Shown here: piece by piece, positions 1 to 11,261 of the stretch
Numbering within the stretch: position 1 is the first letter of the stretch
How the letters are laid out: every line of letters begins with the position of its first letter
From: an uncultured Actinomycetes bacterium
GTDB taxonomy: Bacteria; Actinomycetota; Actinomycetes; Actinomycetales; Actinomycetaceae
DNA: 64,000 nucleotides
Reading direction: 5' to 3'
Assembly: GCA_963537175.1 (NCBI GenBank)
Contig: CAUTDS010000005.1
Span: forward strand, 4,002 to 68,001
Position numbers and translations under genes: made by a program
The notes under the pieces: model-generated
Database searches by the model: none
Seen by the model: the letters and a program-made list of their open reading frames with translations, nothing else
Told to the model about the DNA's origin: nothing

Positions 1-829
1 CCAGGAGATGCCGATCCTGCCTCCCGGTGACCTGCGTATGGCGCTGGCCTCTCTCTGCGAGGAATCCGAGTGGGGCCTGACCTGGCGTGACGTCATGCAG
101 CTGCGCCTGGATACGAGCGGCCCCCTCAATGGGCACGCACTCGGCAACCTGCTGATTTCCGGCCTGTGGCAGCTCCTCGACGATCCCGTCGAAGGCCTCG
201 ACTGGGTTGGTCGTCTCCTCGGCGCGCAGGGCCGCGTCCTGCCCATGTCGACGACGCCGATCGACATCGAGGCGGACATGAACGACGGCGGTCGCCGCTA
301 CGTCGTGTCCGGTCAATCCAAGGTCGCCGTCGCGCCCGGCACCGTCGAGCACGTGCGCATCACGCCCGAGGCGCCCGAGGTGCCCTCCGCGGTCACAGAG
401 GCGATTTCCGAGGCCGACTGGGTCGTCCTGGGGCCCGGCTCGTGGTACACCTCCGTGATCCCGCACCTGCTGGTGCCGGACATTAATCGCGCTCTCGCGA
501 CGACCGACGCCCACCGCGCGCTGGTTCTCAACCTGGCGCGTCAGCGCGGCGAAACCGATCTGATGTCGACCGCTGACCACGTGCGCGTTCTGCGCGAGTA
601 CGCACCCATGCTCAAGTTGGATGTCGTCGTCGCGGATCCGACCGCCTGTGACGATATTGACGACCTGATCGTGGCAGCCGAGGAGCTTGGCGCGCGTGTG
701 CTCCTGCGGCAGGTTCGCACGGGTGATGGAGCCCCGCATCACGACCCGCTACGCCTGGCTGCGGCGCTGCGTGACGCATTTGACGGCTTCCTTGGTGAGG
801 TCGGACAGCCCGAAACGTGGTTACCTTAG
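1..829 (+). CDS. yvcK: Gluconeogenesis factor YvcK/CuvA family (CofD-like), 5' end cut by the window edge
   Basis: ORF 8..829 contains a VVLGPGSWYTSVIPHLLVP motif typical of the YvcK/CofD fold. It sits directly upstream of whiA, as in the conserved rapZ-yvcK-whiA unit. The frame is open to the window start. Confidence 0.8.
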   Translation, partial: QEMPILPPGDLRMALASLCEESEWGLTWRDVMQLRLDTSGPLNGHALGNLLISGLWQLLDDPVEGLDWVGRLLGAQGRVLPMSTTPIDIEADMNDGGRRYVVSGQSKVAVAPGTVEHVRITPEAPEVPSAVTEAISEADWVVLGPGSWYTSVIPHLLVPDINRALATTDAHRALVLNLARQRGETDLMSTADHVRVLREYAPMLKLDVVVADPTACDDIDDLIVAAEELGARVLLRQVRTGDGAPHHDPLRLAAALRDAFDGFLGEVGQPETWLP

Positions 830-874
830 AACCTGTTGCCTGCTGACAAACGACATGACATATCTGGAGAAGCC

Positions 875-1858
875 GTGTCCCTGACATCTGACATGAAGGA
901 CGAGCTGGCGCGCGCCGTCGTCACGACGCCGTCTGAGGTCGCCGCCGAAGTGAGCGCGACGCTGCGTTTCGCGGGAGGCCTGCACCTTGTGGGCGGGCGC
1001 ATCCTCGTCGAGGCCGAGCTTGACTCGCCCGTGGCCGCGCGTCGCCTGCGCACCTACCTGCAGGCGCTGTATAACGCTGAGTCCTCTGTCGTCGTGGTGT
1101 CCGGTTCTTCCCTGCGACGTGGCAAGCGCTATGTCGTGCGTGTCGTCCACAAGGCCGACGAGCTCGCGCGCCTCACGGGCCTCGTCGACTCCCTGCGTCG
1201 TCCCGTTCGTGGCTTGCCGCCCGTGCTCGTCGCCTCTGGAACCGCCGAGGCTGCGGCAATCTGGCGCGGCGCCTTCCTCGCGCGCGGCTCCCTCATGGAA
1301 CCCGGTCGCTCTTCCTCGCTGGAGATCACGTGCCCCGGTCCCGAGGTTGCTCTCGCGATGGTCGGGTGTGCGCGTAAGCTCGGCGCCTCTGCGCGTTCCA
1401 AGGAGGTTCGCGGCACCGATCGCGTCTCCGTCCGCGATTCGGACGCGATCGGCACGCTGATCTCCGCCATGGGCGCCCCCCAGACCTTCGAGGCATGGCA
1501 GGAGCGGCGTGAGCGCCGTGAGGCCAGGGGAAGCGCCAACCGACTGGCTAACTTTGACGACGCGAACCTGCGTCGCTCCGCCCGCGCGGCCGTCGCCGCG
1601 GGTGCTCGCGTCGAACGTGCCTTCGAGATTCTCGGAGACGACGTGCCCGCGCACCTGCTCGAGGCCGGCACGCTGCGTCTGCAGTACAAGCAGGCCTCCC
1701 TTGAAGAGCTCGGCAAGCACACGAATCCGCCTCTCACTAAGGATGCCGTCGCGGGTCGTATCCGTCGCCTCCTTGCTCTCGCCGATAAGGTCGCGCACGA
1801 ACGCGGCATCCCGGACACGGAATCTGCGCTCACTCTCGACATGCTCGAGGAGGACTGA
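875..1858 (+). CDS. whiA: DNA-binding sporulation/cell-division regulator WhiA
   Basis: The N-terminus [13 protein letters not shown] resembles WhiA N-termini. A C-terminal HTH region is present ([20 protein letters not shown]). The GTG at 875 is preceded by GGAGA at 866-870. Synteny is yvcK-whiA-gap. Confidence 0.85.
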   Translation: MSLTSDMKDELARAVVTTPSEVAAEVSATLRFAGGLHLVGGRILVEAELDSPVAARRLRTYLQALYNAESSVVVVSGSSLRRGKRYVVRVVHKADELARLTGLVDSLRRPVRGLPPVLVASGTAEAAAIWRGAFLARGSLMEPGRSSSLEITCPGPEVALAMVGCARKLGASARSKEVRGTDRVSVRDSDAIGTLISAMGAPQTFEAWQERRERREARGSANRLANFDDANLRRSARAAVAAGARVERAFEILGDDVPAHLLEAGTLRLQYKQASLEELGKHTNPPLTKDAVAGRIRRLLALADKVAHERGIPDTESALTLDMLEED

Positions 1859-1867
1859 GGTCCCTGA

Positions 1868-3070
<1,203 letters not shown>

Positions 3071-3096
3071 GCACACAGCTGATACACCAGCCATGA

Positions 3097-3130
3097 GCTG
3101 ATCAGCGAGATGCCCGTGCACGCTCGTGCA
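3097..3130 (+). terminator. Perfect 16-bp GC-rich hairpin between gap and pgk (partial terminator or mRNA-stabilising stem)
   Basis: gagatgcccgtgcacg-ct-cgtgcacgggcatctc. There is no clear U-tract downstream. Confidence 0.35.
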
Positions 3131-3177
3131 CGGGCATCTCGTACATCGCCACCGCCTTCAGACCGAAAGGACTCCTC

Positions 3178-4368
3178 GTGAGGACCATCTCCACCCTGGG
3201 CGACCTGCGCGGCAAGCGCGTCCTCGTCCGCTCCGACTTCAACGTTCCGCTCAAGGACGGCGTCATCACCGACGACGGCCGCATCCGTGCGGCGCTGCCG
3301 ACCCTCAAGACCCTCACCGACGCCGGTGCCAAGGTCGTCATCATGGCCCACCTCGGCCGCCCCAAGGGTCAGGTCGATCCCGCCTTCTCGCTGGCCCCCG
3401 TCGCCAAGCGCCTCGCCGAGCTGTCCGGCGTGAAGGTCACGCTGGCCTCCGACGTCGTTGGCCCGTCGGCCACCGAGACCGTCGCCGCCCTGGGTGAGGG
3501 CGAGATTGCCCTGCTCGAGAACGTCCGCTACGACGCCCGTGAGACCTCCAAGGTTGACGAGGAGCGCGAAGAGCTCGCCCGCGAGTACGCAAAGCTCGGC
3601 GACGCCTTCGTCTCCGACGGCTTCGGCGTCGTCCATCGCAAGCAGGCGTCCGTCTACGACATCGCCAAGCTGCTGCCCTCGGCCGCCGGCCTGCTCGTCC
3701 TCAAGGAGATCGAGTCCCTGTCCAAGGTGACCGGCGACCCCGAGCGCCCCTACGGCGTCGTCCTCGGCGGCTCGAAGGTCTCCGACAAGCTCGGCGTCAT
3801 CGCCAACCTGCTGAAGAAGGCCGACATGCTCTTCATCGGCGGCGGCATGGTCTTCACCTTCCTGGCCGCACAGGGCTACTCGGTGGGCAAGTCCCTGCTC
3901 GAGGAAGACCAGATCGACACCGTCAAGGGCTACATCGCCGAGGCCGCCGAGCGTGGCGTCGACCTGGTGCTGCCCGTCGATGTCATCGTCGCCCCCGAGT
4001 TCGCGGCTGACGCGCCCGCGACCGTCGTGAAGGTCGACGCGATCCCCGACGACCAGATGGGCCTGGACATCGGCCCCGAGTCCGCGAAGCTCTTTGCCGA
4101 CAAGCTGGCTACCGCGAAGACCGTGGCGTGGAACGGCCCCATGGGTGTCTTTGAATTCGACGCCTTCTCCGGCGGCACCCGCGCTGTCGCCGAGGCCCTC
4201 TCCAAGGGCTCCATGTTCTCCGTCATCGGCGGCGGCGACTCCGCCGCAGCCGTGCGCCTGCTCGGCTTCGACGAGAACACCTTCTCCCACATTTCCACTG
4301 GCGGCGGCGCCTCCCTCGAGCTCCTCGAGGGCAAGGTTCTGCCCGGTATCGCAGTTCTGGAGGACTGA
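3178..4368 (+). CDS. pgk: Phosphoglycerate kinase
   Basis: 396 aa, with RSDFNVPL near the N-terminus, a full-length PGK-like sequence and gap-pgk-tpiA synteny. Confidence 0.95.
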   Translation: MRTISTLGDLRGKRVLVRSDFNVPLKDGVITDDGRIRAALPTLKTLTDAGAKVVIMAHLGRPKGQVDPAFSLAPVAKRLAELSGVKVTLASDVVGPSATETVAALGEGEIALLENVRYDARETSKVDEEREELAREYAKLGDAFVSDGFGVVHRKQASVYDIAKLLPSAAGLLVLKEIESLSKVTGDPERPYGVVLGGSKVSDKLGVIANLLKKADMLFIGGGMVFTFLAAQGYSVGKSLLEEDQIDTVKGYIAEAAERGVDLVLPVDVIVAPEFAADAPATVVKVDAIPDDQMGLDIGPESAKLFADKLATAKTVAWNGPMGVFEFDAFSGGTRAVAEALSKGSMFSVIGGGDSAAAVRLLGFDENTFSHISTGGGASLELLEGKVLPGIAVLED

Positions 4369-4371
4369 CTC

Positions 4372-5148
4372 ATGGCACGCACCCCCCTGATGGCCGGCAA
4401 CTGGAAGATGAACCTCGATCACCTCGAGGCCAACCACCTCGTCCAGGGCCTGGCGATGGCCCTGTCCGACGCGGGCCACGACTACTCCAAGTGCGAGGTT
4501 CTCGTTATCCCGCCGTTCACCGACATCCGCACGGTCCAGACCATCGTTGATGCCGATGATCTGCAGATCAAGTACGGTGCTCAGGACGTGTCGATCCACG
4601 ACAACGGCGCATACACCGGCGAAATCTCCACCGAAATGCTGACCAAGCTCGGCGTCTCCTACGTGGTCATGGGCCACTCCGAGCGTCGCGAGTACCACGG
4701 CGAGTCCGACGAGCTCGTCGGCGCCAAGGCCCGCAAGGTCTTCGACGCTGGCATGACCCCGATCCTGTGCTGCGGCGAGGCCCTCGAGGTTCGCAAGGCC
4801 GGCACCTACGTCGAGTTCGTGCTCGGTCAGATCCGCGCAGCCCTCGCCGGCTGGAAGGCCGAAGAGGTCGCCAAGATCGTCATCGCCTACGAGCCCATCT
4901 GGGCCATTGGCACCGGCGAGACCGCCTCCGCCGAGGACGCACAGGAAGTGTGCGGTGCCATCCGCGCTGCCCTGGCCGAGGACTTCGGCGCCGAGACCGC
5001 CGAGTCCACCCGCATCCTCTACGGCGGCTCCGCCAAGCCCGGCAACATCAAGGAGCTCATGGCTCAGCCCGACGTCGACGGCGGTCTCGTCGGCGGCGCG
5101 TCCCTCAAGGCTGACTCCTTCGCCGCCATGGCGAACTTCTACGCCTGA
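4372..5148 (+). CDS. tpiA: Triosephosphate isomerase
   Basis: 258 aa with the [14 protein letters not shown] and [11 protein letters not shown] motifs. Confidence 0.95.
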   Translation: MARTPLMAGNWKMNLDHLEANHLVQGLAMALSDAGHDYSKCEVLVIPPFTDIRTVQTIVDADDLQIKYGAQDVSIHDNGAYTGEISTEMLTKLGVSYVVMGHSERREYHGESDELVGAKARKVFDAGMTPILCCGEALEVRKAGTYVEFVLGQIRAALAGWKAEEVAKIVIAYEPIWAIGTGETASAEDAQEVCGAIRAALAEDFGAETAESTRILYGGSAKPGNIKELMAQPDVDGGLVGGASLKADSFAAMANFYA

Positions 5149-5206
5149 GAAGCCGTCACGCGCTCACCTCGCCCAGCCACTGGGGCCGGGGCGGAGCGGA
5201 CGCGAG

Positions 5207-5239
5207 GTGGGGCCAACCGGTGTGCCGGTTGGCCCCACC
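5207..5239 (+). terminator. GC-rich hairpin downstream of tpiA
   Basis: ggtggggccaaccgg-tgtg-ccggttggccccacc, a perfect 15-bp stem with a weak U-tract. Confidence 0.4.
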
Positions 5240-5310
5240 GGCATTCTCAGTTAGACTAAAGCTATATGTGCCCCGATCCGGGGCGAACTGCGATAGAAAC
5301 TGGATTGACC

Positions 5311-5556
5311 GTGACCATTCTGAACAACGTTCTGATCGTGCTGATCTTCCTGACCAGCATCCTGCTGACCCTGACCGTCCTTATGCACAAGGGGCAGGGT
5401 GGCGGTCTGTCGGACATGTTCGGTGGCGGCATCTCCTCGTCGGCCGGCTCCTCCGGCGTTGCTGAGCGTAACCTGAACCGCATCACTCTGGGCACGCTAC
5501 TCATCTGGCTGGTGTGCATCATCGGCTACGCACTTCTCGCGAAGTTCGGCGGCTGA
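5311..5556 (+). CDS. secG: Preprotein translocase subunit SecG
   Basis: Small two-TM protein with the HKGQGGGLSDMFGGG motif. It follows tpiA as in other actinobacteria. The GTG start at 5311 is inferred. Confidence 0.8.
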   Translation: MTILNNVLIVLIFLTSILLTLTVLMHKGQGGGLSDMFGGGISSSAGSSGVAERNLNRITLGTLLIWLVCIIGYALLAKFGG

Positions 5557-5575
5557 CGGCTAGCTTGCTTTCGTG

Positions 5576-5610
5576 ATGGCTCTCCGCTTGCGAGCGGGGA
5601 GCCATTTTTG
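5576..5610 (+). terminator. Intrinsic terminator of secG
   Basis: atggctctccgc-ttgcga-gcggggagccat followed by ttttg. Confidence 0.65.
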
Positions 5611-5621
5611 TGTGCGTAGAG

Positions 5622-5656
5622 TGTGGGGCCGCCTTCATGACGAAGACGGCCCCACA
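5622..5656 (-). terminator. GC-rich hairpin downstream of pgl
   Basis: tgtggggccgccttc-atgac-gaagacggccccaca lies just after the pgl stop on the minus strand. Confidence 0.4.
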
Positions 5657-5672
5657 GGACGATGGTGGCATA

Positions 5673-6416
5673 TTACGCGAGGTTGATTTGCATGGCAGCC
5701 GCCTCGTCGAGGTAGACGCGCGTCGAGGGGGAGAGGACACCCGCGACGGGAATGTCAAGCGGCGACGCTCCCGCGAAGGCTCGGCCGAGGGCATCTGCCT
5801 TCGCTGCACCCGCAGTCGTCAGCCACACCTCGCCGCACGCACGCATGACGGGCATCGACACCGTGATGCGCTCCGGCGGAGGCTTCGGAGAATTGCGGAT
5901 CGCCAGAATGGGGGAGGCCTCGTCCATGTCGACGCGTCCTGGGAATAGCGAGCAGATGTGCCCGTCGGGCCCCATGCCGATCAGTGCGATGTCGAAGGAG
6001 CGCTCACCCATGAGCTTGCGCCACGTGGCAGCAAAAGCTGCCGTCGCCTCGTCGAGAGAACCCGCGCCAGGAGCAGATGCATCCGAGGTCGGCATGCGGA
6101 CGAACTCAACGTCGGATGCAGCATGGAAGAAGCCATCCCACGCCTGATCGTCGTTGCGGTCCTCGTCGCCGGACGCCACGTAACGCTCGTCAACCAACCA
6201 CACGCGCACGCGTGACCAGTTGACCTCACCGACGAACGGAAGCAACGAGGGCAACAGGCTCGTCGTGATTGCACCACCGGAGATGGCCAGGTCGACGCGA
6301 GAACCGGCTTCGGTCACGTCGATGAGGGTGGCCAGACGAGTGAGGAACGCGCGGCCCACGGCCTCATTGAGTTCCTCGACGCTCGGCAGGACCTCAAGCG
6401 TGTGGACAGCCACCAT
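5673..6416 (-). CDS. pgl: 6-phosphogluconolactonase
   Basis: 247 aa with the AISGG and LIGMGPDGHICSLFPG motifs. It is the last gene of the zwf-opcA-pgl unit. Confidence 0.9.
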   Translation of the reverse strand: MVAVHTLEVLPSVEELNEAVGRAFLTRLATLIDVTEAGSRVDLAISGGAITTSLLPSLLPFVGEVNWSRVRVWLVDERYVASGDEDRNDDQAWDGFFHAASDVEFVRMPTSDASAPGAGSLDEATAAFAATWRKLMGERSFDIALIGMGPDGHICSLFPGRVDMDEASPILAIRNSPKPPPERITVSMPVMRACGEVWLTTAGAAKADALGRAFAGASPLDIPVAGVLSPSTRVYLDEAAAMQINLA

Positions 6417-6418
6417 CG

Positions 6419-7360
6419 TTACTCACCCTCAGAGCATGCAGCCAGCCGCGGGAGTTCCTCCGTGAGGAGCTCGCCGTAGTAAACGTCGGGATCCAGTCGA
6501 CGTAGATCTTCCATGAGGGAGTCCTGCACGGAGCGGCGTGCGAGGTTCACGGAGCGATCTTCGAGGCCGGGGCGCGACAGGCGTGCGACCGACGAGGAGG
6601 CGCTACGCGACAGCGACACGGTCGTGTCGTCGTCGAAGAAGAACGTGATGTCCGTGATCGTCAGTGCCTCGGGGTCGACGACTCGCTCGACGGGCACGCC
6701 CAGCTGGTGATGCAGCCACGCGGCCACGAGGAAAGGCGAGGGGTGCGTCGCGTTACCCGAGACGCGGATCGACGTCGGCAGGCGGTCGAAGTCCTCGGCC
6801 ACGGCGGCGAGCAGCGCCCGCCATAGCGTGACGCCGGCCCACGCGAGATCCGTGTCGCCGGGGGTGTAGACGGCCGATAGGGCAGACAGCGTGTCCATGG
6901 GACACTCGGTTGCACGCGAGTCGGTGATGCGCTTGACTGCGAGGCGCCCAAGCGGGTGCGCGCCCGGGTTCTGCGGGGGAACGACCGGCCAGTACGTGAC
7001 GACCGGCGTATCCGACTGGAGCAGCGGCATGACGAGCGAGTCGATGTTCGACGCGGCCTCACCGCGAGGCTCGAGGATGATGATGTCGGACAAACCCGCG
7101 GCGTCGCCCACGCGAATCTGGGCGTTTAGGCGCGCCGTGCCCTCGGTGGACTCGGGCTCGACGATGACGATGACGCGGCAAGGATGCTCGCGAGAGACCG
7201 CGTCGGAGACCTCGATGGCGTTGTCCACGTCGATGAGGTCAGGCACGCAGATGAGGAGCGTGAGGACACGGCTCAGAGCGGCGGCACCGCGCTCGTCGCG
7301 CAGCTCGACGATGCGGGAGGCAACCTCGGCCGACGTGGTGTTCTTCAGGGTGATGATCAC
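6419..7360 (-). CDS. opcA: Glucose-6-phosphate dehydrogenase assembly protein OpcA
   Basis: The sequence starts VIITLKNTTSAEVASRIVELRDERG. The GTG start overlaps the zwf stop as GTGA. It occupies the conserved position between zwf and pgl. Confidence 0.85.
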   Translation of the reverse strand: MIITLKNTTSAEVASRIVELRDERGAAALSRVLTLLICVPDLIDVDNAIEVSDAVSREHPCRVIVIVEPESTEGTARLNAQIRVGDAAGLSDIIILEPRGEAASNIDSLVMPLLQSDTPVVTYWPVVPPQNPGAHPLGRLAVKRITDSRATECPMDTLSALSAVYTPGDTDLAWAGVTLWRALLAAVAEDFDRLPTSIRVSGNATHPSPFLVAAWLHHQLGVPVERVVDPEALTITDITFFFDDDTTVSLSRSASSSVARLSRPGLEDRSVNLARRSVQDSLMEDLRRLDPDVYYGELLTEELPRLAACSEGE

Positions 7361-8883
7361 GGGAGCCTCCAGAAGCGGCCGTCGCGGGCCAGCATGTCGT
7401 GCGCGGATTGGGGACCCCAGGTGCCAGGAGCGTAGGGCTCGGGCTGACCCTGGGACTCCCAGAAGGACAGGATCGGGTCGAGGATCTTCCACGAGGCCTC
7501 GACCTCGCGCTGGTGCGGGAACAGGGGAGCGGAGCCGACGAGTGCGTCCAGGATGAGCCGCTCGTATGCCTCGGGCGAATCCTCAGTGAACGCGTGGCCG
7601 TAGGCGAAGTCCATGGTCACGTCACGCACTTGCATGGACGTGCCCGGCACCTTCGCGCCAAGCTTGAGGGTCAGGCCCTCGTCCGGCTGGACGCGGATGA
7701 CGAGCGCGTTCTGGCCGGACTCGCTGAGTTCGGAGTTGCCGAACGGGACGTGGGCCGAGCGCTTGAAGATGACGGCGATCTCGGTGACGCGCTTGCCGAG
7801 GCGCTTGCCGGCACGCAGGTAGAAGGGCACGCCCGCCCAACGGCGCGTGTCCACGAAGAGCTTGATGGCCGCGAAGGTCTCGGTGGCCGAATCGGCCGGG
7901 ATGCCATCCTCCTCGAGGTAGCCGCGCACATGGGCACCGCCCTGCCAGCCACCGGCGTACTGCCCGCGAGCCGTATCGATGGCCAGGTCCTCAGGCAGGC
8001 GCACTGCGGAGAGCACCTTCTCCTTCTCCGCCCGGATTTCCTCAGGCGTGAAGTGGACAGGTTCCTCCATGGCGGTCAGCGCCATCAGCTGAAGCAGATG
8101 GTTCTGAATGATGTCGCGGGCCGCACCGATGCCGTCGTAGTAGCCCGCACGCGTGCCGATGCCGATGTCCTCGGCCATCGTGATCTGCACGGAATCGACG
8201 TAGTTTGCTTTCCACAGAGGCTCAAACATGGCATTCGCGAAGCGCATCGCCATGATGTTCTGGACGGTTTCTTTGCCCAGGTAGTGGTCGATGCGGAAGA
8301 CGTCCTTCTCGTCGAAGATCTGCGAGATGACGTCGGAGAGCTCTTGCGCGGAGTGAAGGTCGTGGCCGAAGGGCTTCTCGATGATGACGCGGCGCCATTC
8401 GCGGCCCTGGCGCTTGTTGAGGCCCGTGTCGGACAGGTGCTTGGCCACGACCGGGAAGTATGAGGGCGGAATCGAGAGGTAGAACGCGTGGTTGCCGCCG
8501 GTACCGCGTGAGCGGTCGAGCTCGGCGACAGTGTCGGCGAGCTGGCGGTAGGCGTCGGGATCGTCGAAGGTGCCCGAGACGAAGCGCAGGCCCGAGCGCA
8601 GCTGGTTCCACGTCCCCTCGTTGAAGCCGGTGCGGGTGTGTGCCTCGATGGATGCGCGTACGTATTCCTCAAAGTCCTGGGGGCTCCAGTCGCGGCGAGC
8701 GAAGCCGGTCAGGGAGAATGCCGGGTGGAGGAGGCCGCGGTTGGCGAGGTCGTAGATGGCGGGAAGGAGCTTCTTGCGTGCAAGGTCGCCCGTGATGCCG
8801 AAGATGACGAGGCCGCAGGGCGGGGAGATGCGCGGAAGCCTGCGATCCTGGGGATCACGCAGGGTGGGAATCTCGTTGGTCAC
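7357..8883 (-). CDS. zwf: Glucose-6-phosphate 1-dehydrogenase
   Basis: 508 aa with the FGITGDLARKKLLPAIYDL, RIDHYLGKE and EKPFG motifs. Confidence 0.95.
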   Translation of the reverse strand: MTNEIPTLRDPQDRRLPRISPPCGLVIFGITGDLARKKLLPAIYDLANRGLLHPAFSLTGFARRDWSPQDFEEYVRASIEAHTRTGFNEGTWNQLRSGLRFVSGTFDDPDAYRQLADTVAELDRSRGTGGNHAFYLSIPPSYFPVVAKHLSDTGLNKRQGREWRRVIIEKPFGHDLHSAQELSDVISQIFDEKDVFRIDHYLGKETVQNIMAMRFANAMFEPLWKANYVDSVQITMAEDIGIGTRAGYYDGIGAARDIIQNHLLQLMALTAMEEPVHFTPEEIRAEKEKVLSAVRLPEDLAIDTARGQYAGGWQGGAHVRGYLEEDGIPADSATETFAAIKLFVDTRRWAGVPFYLRAGKRLGKRVTEIAVIFKRSAHVPFGNSELSESGQNALVIRVQPDEGLTLKLGAKVPGTSMQVRDVTMDFAYGHAFTEDSPEAYERLILDALVGSAPLFPHQREVEASWKILDPILSFWESQGQPEPYAPGTWGPQSAHDMLARDGRFWRLP

Positions 8884-8990
8884 GAGTGGTCGCTCCGTTC
8901 GCTAGGGGGCAGGACGAGGCCGGGGCCCGAACGCTTCTCCTCGCAGGTGAGTGGAACGGGACCGAGGACCCACACATGTGTAAGAGAATA

Positions 8991-9024
8991 GGGCTGCTGG
9001 CACGCCCTCGCGCGCCAGCAGCCC
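8991..9024 (-). terminator. Hairpin downstream of tkt
   Basis: gggctgctggc...gccagcagccc, an 11-bp stem 26 nt after the tkt stop. Confidence 0.4.
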
Positions 9025-9049
9025 TCTGTCAGTTCAGTTGACTATAAAG

Positions 9050-11134
9050 TCACGAACGTGCGGCCTCGATGGATTCCTTCGCGGCGGCGGCCACGTGCTC
9101 GGCGTCGATGCCGTACTCCTTGAAGAGGAGCTCGCCCGGCGCGGAGGCACCGAAGTGCTCGATGGAGACCGCGCGGCCGGCGTCGCCGATCCAGCGGTAC
9201 CACGGCAGGGCGATGCCGGCCTCGACGGAGACGCGGGCACGCACCGACGGGGGCAGGACCGAGTCGCGGTACTCGCGATCCTGGGCCTCGAACCAGTCGA
9301 GGCAGGGCACGGACACGACGCGGGCAGCGACGCCCTCGGCGGCCAGGGCTTCGCGTGCCTCAAGGGCGACGGAGACCTCGGAGCCGGAGGCCAGCAGGAT
9401 CACGTCGGGCGTGCCCTCGGTGTCGGCCAGGACGTAGGCGCCGCGAGCGAGGTCCTCGGTGGTGGCCAGGCCGGTGCCTTCGCCACGTGCCGGGTTCGGC
9501 AGGTTCTGGCGCGACAGGATGATGGCGGCCGGGTGGGACTGCTCGAGGATGGCCTTCCAGGACGCGGCCGTCTCGGCGGCGTCGGCGGGACGCACGACCG
9601 CGAAGTTCGGGATCGCGCGGTAGGAGGCCAGGTGCTCGATCGGCTGGTGGGTCGGGCCATCTTCGCCGACGCCGATGGAGTCGTGGGTCCACACGTAGGT
9701 GACGGGCAGGTCCATCAGGGCGGCGAGGCGCACGGCGCCGCGCATGAAGTCGGAGAACACGAAGAACGTGCCGCCGTAGGCGCGGGTCAAGCCGTCGGCG
9801 GCGATGCCGTTAAGGGCAGCGCCCATCGCGAACTCGCGCACGCCGAAGTGGAGGTTACGGCCGAACTCGTCGCCGCTGAAAGACGAGGAGGAGCGGTGCG
9901 CGGGCAGGAAGGAGGGCTCGCCCTTCAGGAAGGTGTTGTTGGAGCCGGCGAGGTCGGCGGAGCCGCCCCACAGCTCGGGCAGCACGGGGGCGATCGCGTT
10001 GAGCACCTGGCCGGAGGCGGCGCGGGTCGCGATGGCCTTGCCCTCTTCGAAGGTGGGCAGCGAGGCTTCCCAGCCCTCGGGGAGGCGGCCTTCGAGGAGG
10101 CGATCGAGCAGGGCTGCCTGCTCGGGGTGAGCGGCCTTCCACGCCTCGAAGCGGGCGTCCCAGTCCTTGCGGTACTCGGCGGCGCGCGCGGCGGCGCGGG
10201 TGCGGACCTCGTCCACGATTGCGCTGTCAGCGTCGAACATCTTCTCGGGATCGGCGCCCAGGGCTTCCTTCAGGCCCTTGAGGGCCTCGGAGCCCAGCTT
10301 GGAGCCGTGGATGCCGCCGGTGTTCTGCTTGCCGGGGGTCGGCCATCCGATGATGGTGCGCAGCGCGATGAGCGAAGGCTTCTTGGTCTCGGCCTTGGCG
10401 GCGTCGAGGGCGTCGTTGAGGGCGGCGGTGTTCTCCTCGTAGGAGCCATCCTCGCCGAGCCAGTCGACGCGCTGGACGTGCCAGCCGTAGGCCTCGTAGC
10501 GGGCCAGGACGTCCTCGTTGAAGGCGATCGAGGTGTCGTCCTCGATGGAGATGTGGTTGTCGTCCCAGATGACGGTGATGTTGCCGAGTTCCTGGGTGCC
10601 GGCGAGGGAAGATGCCTCGGCGGAGACGCCTTCCTCGAAGCAGCCGTCGCCAGCGATGACGTAGACGTTGTGGTCGAAGACGGACTCACCGAGGGGGGTC
10701 TCGGGATCGAGCAGGCCGTGGACGCGGCGGGCGTTCATGGCGAAGCCAACGGCGGAAGCGATGCCGGTGCCCAGCGGGCCGGTGGTGATCTCAACGCCCT
10801 TGGTGTGGCCGTACTCGGGGTGGCCCGGGGTCAGGGAGCCCGCGGTGCGCAGCGTCTTGATGTCGTCGAGCTCCAGACCGAAGCCGGAGAGGTAGAGCTG
10901 GACGTACTGGGTCAGCGACGAGTGGCCGGCCGAGAGGATGAAGCGGTCGCGTCCGATCCAGCGCGGATCCGCCGGGTCGACGTTCATGACCTTGTTGTAG
11001 AGGAGGTAGGCGGCGGGGGCAAGCGAGATGGCGGTACCGGGGTGGCCCGAGCCGGCCTGCTCGACGGCGTCGGCGGCGAGGAGCTTAGCGGTCTTGACCG
11101 CTTCGTCATCGATGTGATCCCAGTGAAGTGACAC
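9050..11134 (-). CDS. tkt: Transketolase
   Basis: About 694 aa, with a GSGHPG thiamine-diphosphate motif and full-length transketolase similarity. The GTG at 11134 is preceded by GGAGA. The further upstream extension in the track was rejected. Confidence 0.95.
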   Translation of the reverse strand: MSLHWDHIDDEAVKTAKLLAADAVEQAGSGHPGTAISLAPAAYLLYNKVMNVDPADPRWIGRDRFILSAGHSSLTQYVQLYLSGFGLELDDIKTLRTAGSLTPGHPEYGHTKGVEITTGPLGTGIASAVGFAMNARRVHGLLDPETPLGESVFDHNVYVIAGDGCFEEGVSAEASSLAGTQELGNITVIWDDNHISIEDDTSIAFNEDVLARYEAYGWHVQRVDWLGEDGSYEENTAALNDALDAAKAETKKPSLIALRTIIGWPTPGKQNTGGIHGSKLGSEALKGLKEALGADPEKMFDADSAIVDEVRTRAAARAAEYRKDWDARFEAWKAAHPEQAALLDRLLEGRLPEGWEASLPTFEEGKAIATRAASGQVLNAIAPVLPELWGGSADLAGSNNTFLKGEPSFLPAHRSSSSFSGDEFGRNLHFGVREFAMGAALNGIAADGLTRAYGGTFFVFSDFMRGAVRLAALMDLPVTYVWTHDSIGVGEDGPTHQPIEHLASYRAIPNFAVVRPADAAETAASWKAILEQSHPAAIILSRQNLPNPARGEGTGLATTEDLARGAYVLADTEGTPDVILLASGSEVSVALEAREALAAEGVAARVVSVPCLDWFEAQDREYRDSVLPPSVRARVSVEAGIALPWYRWIGDAGRAVSIEHFGASAPGELLFKEYGIDAEHVAAAAKESIEAARS

Positions 11135-11261
11135 GTTGGTCTCCAGTTGTTGGGCCCCAGCGTTGGGGCGGAAATGGTTTACCGCGTCACAGTCTAGCGA
11201 AAATGTGCGCATGCCGATAGCGCTCACGCACATTTGTTGCACAGTCGCTTACCCTGTCACC

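Noticed and set aside
9038-11131. 697-aa plus-strand ORF
   Set aside because: It is exactly antisense to transketolase and translates to low-complexity G/A/V/D-rich sequence, so it is a shadow ORF.
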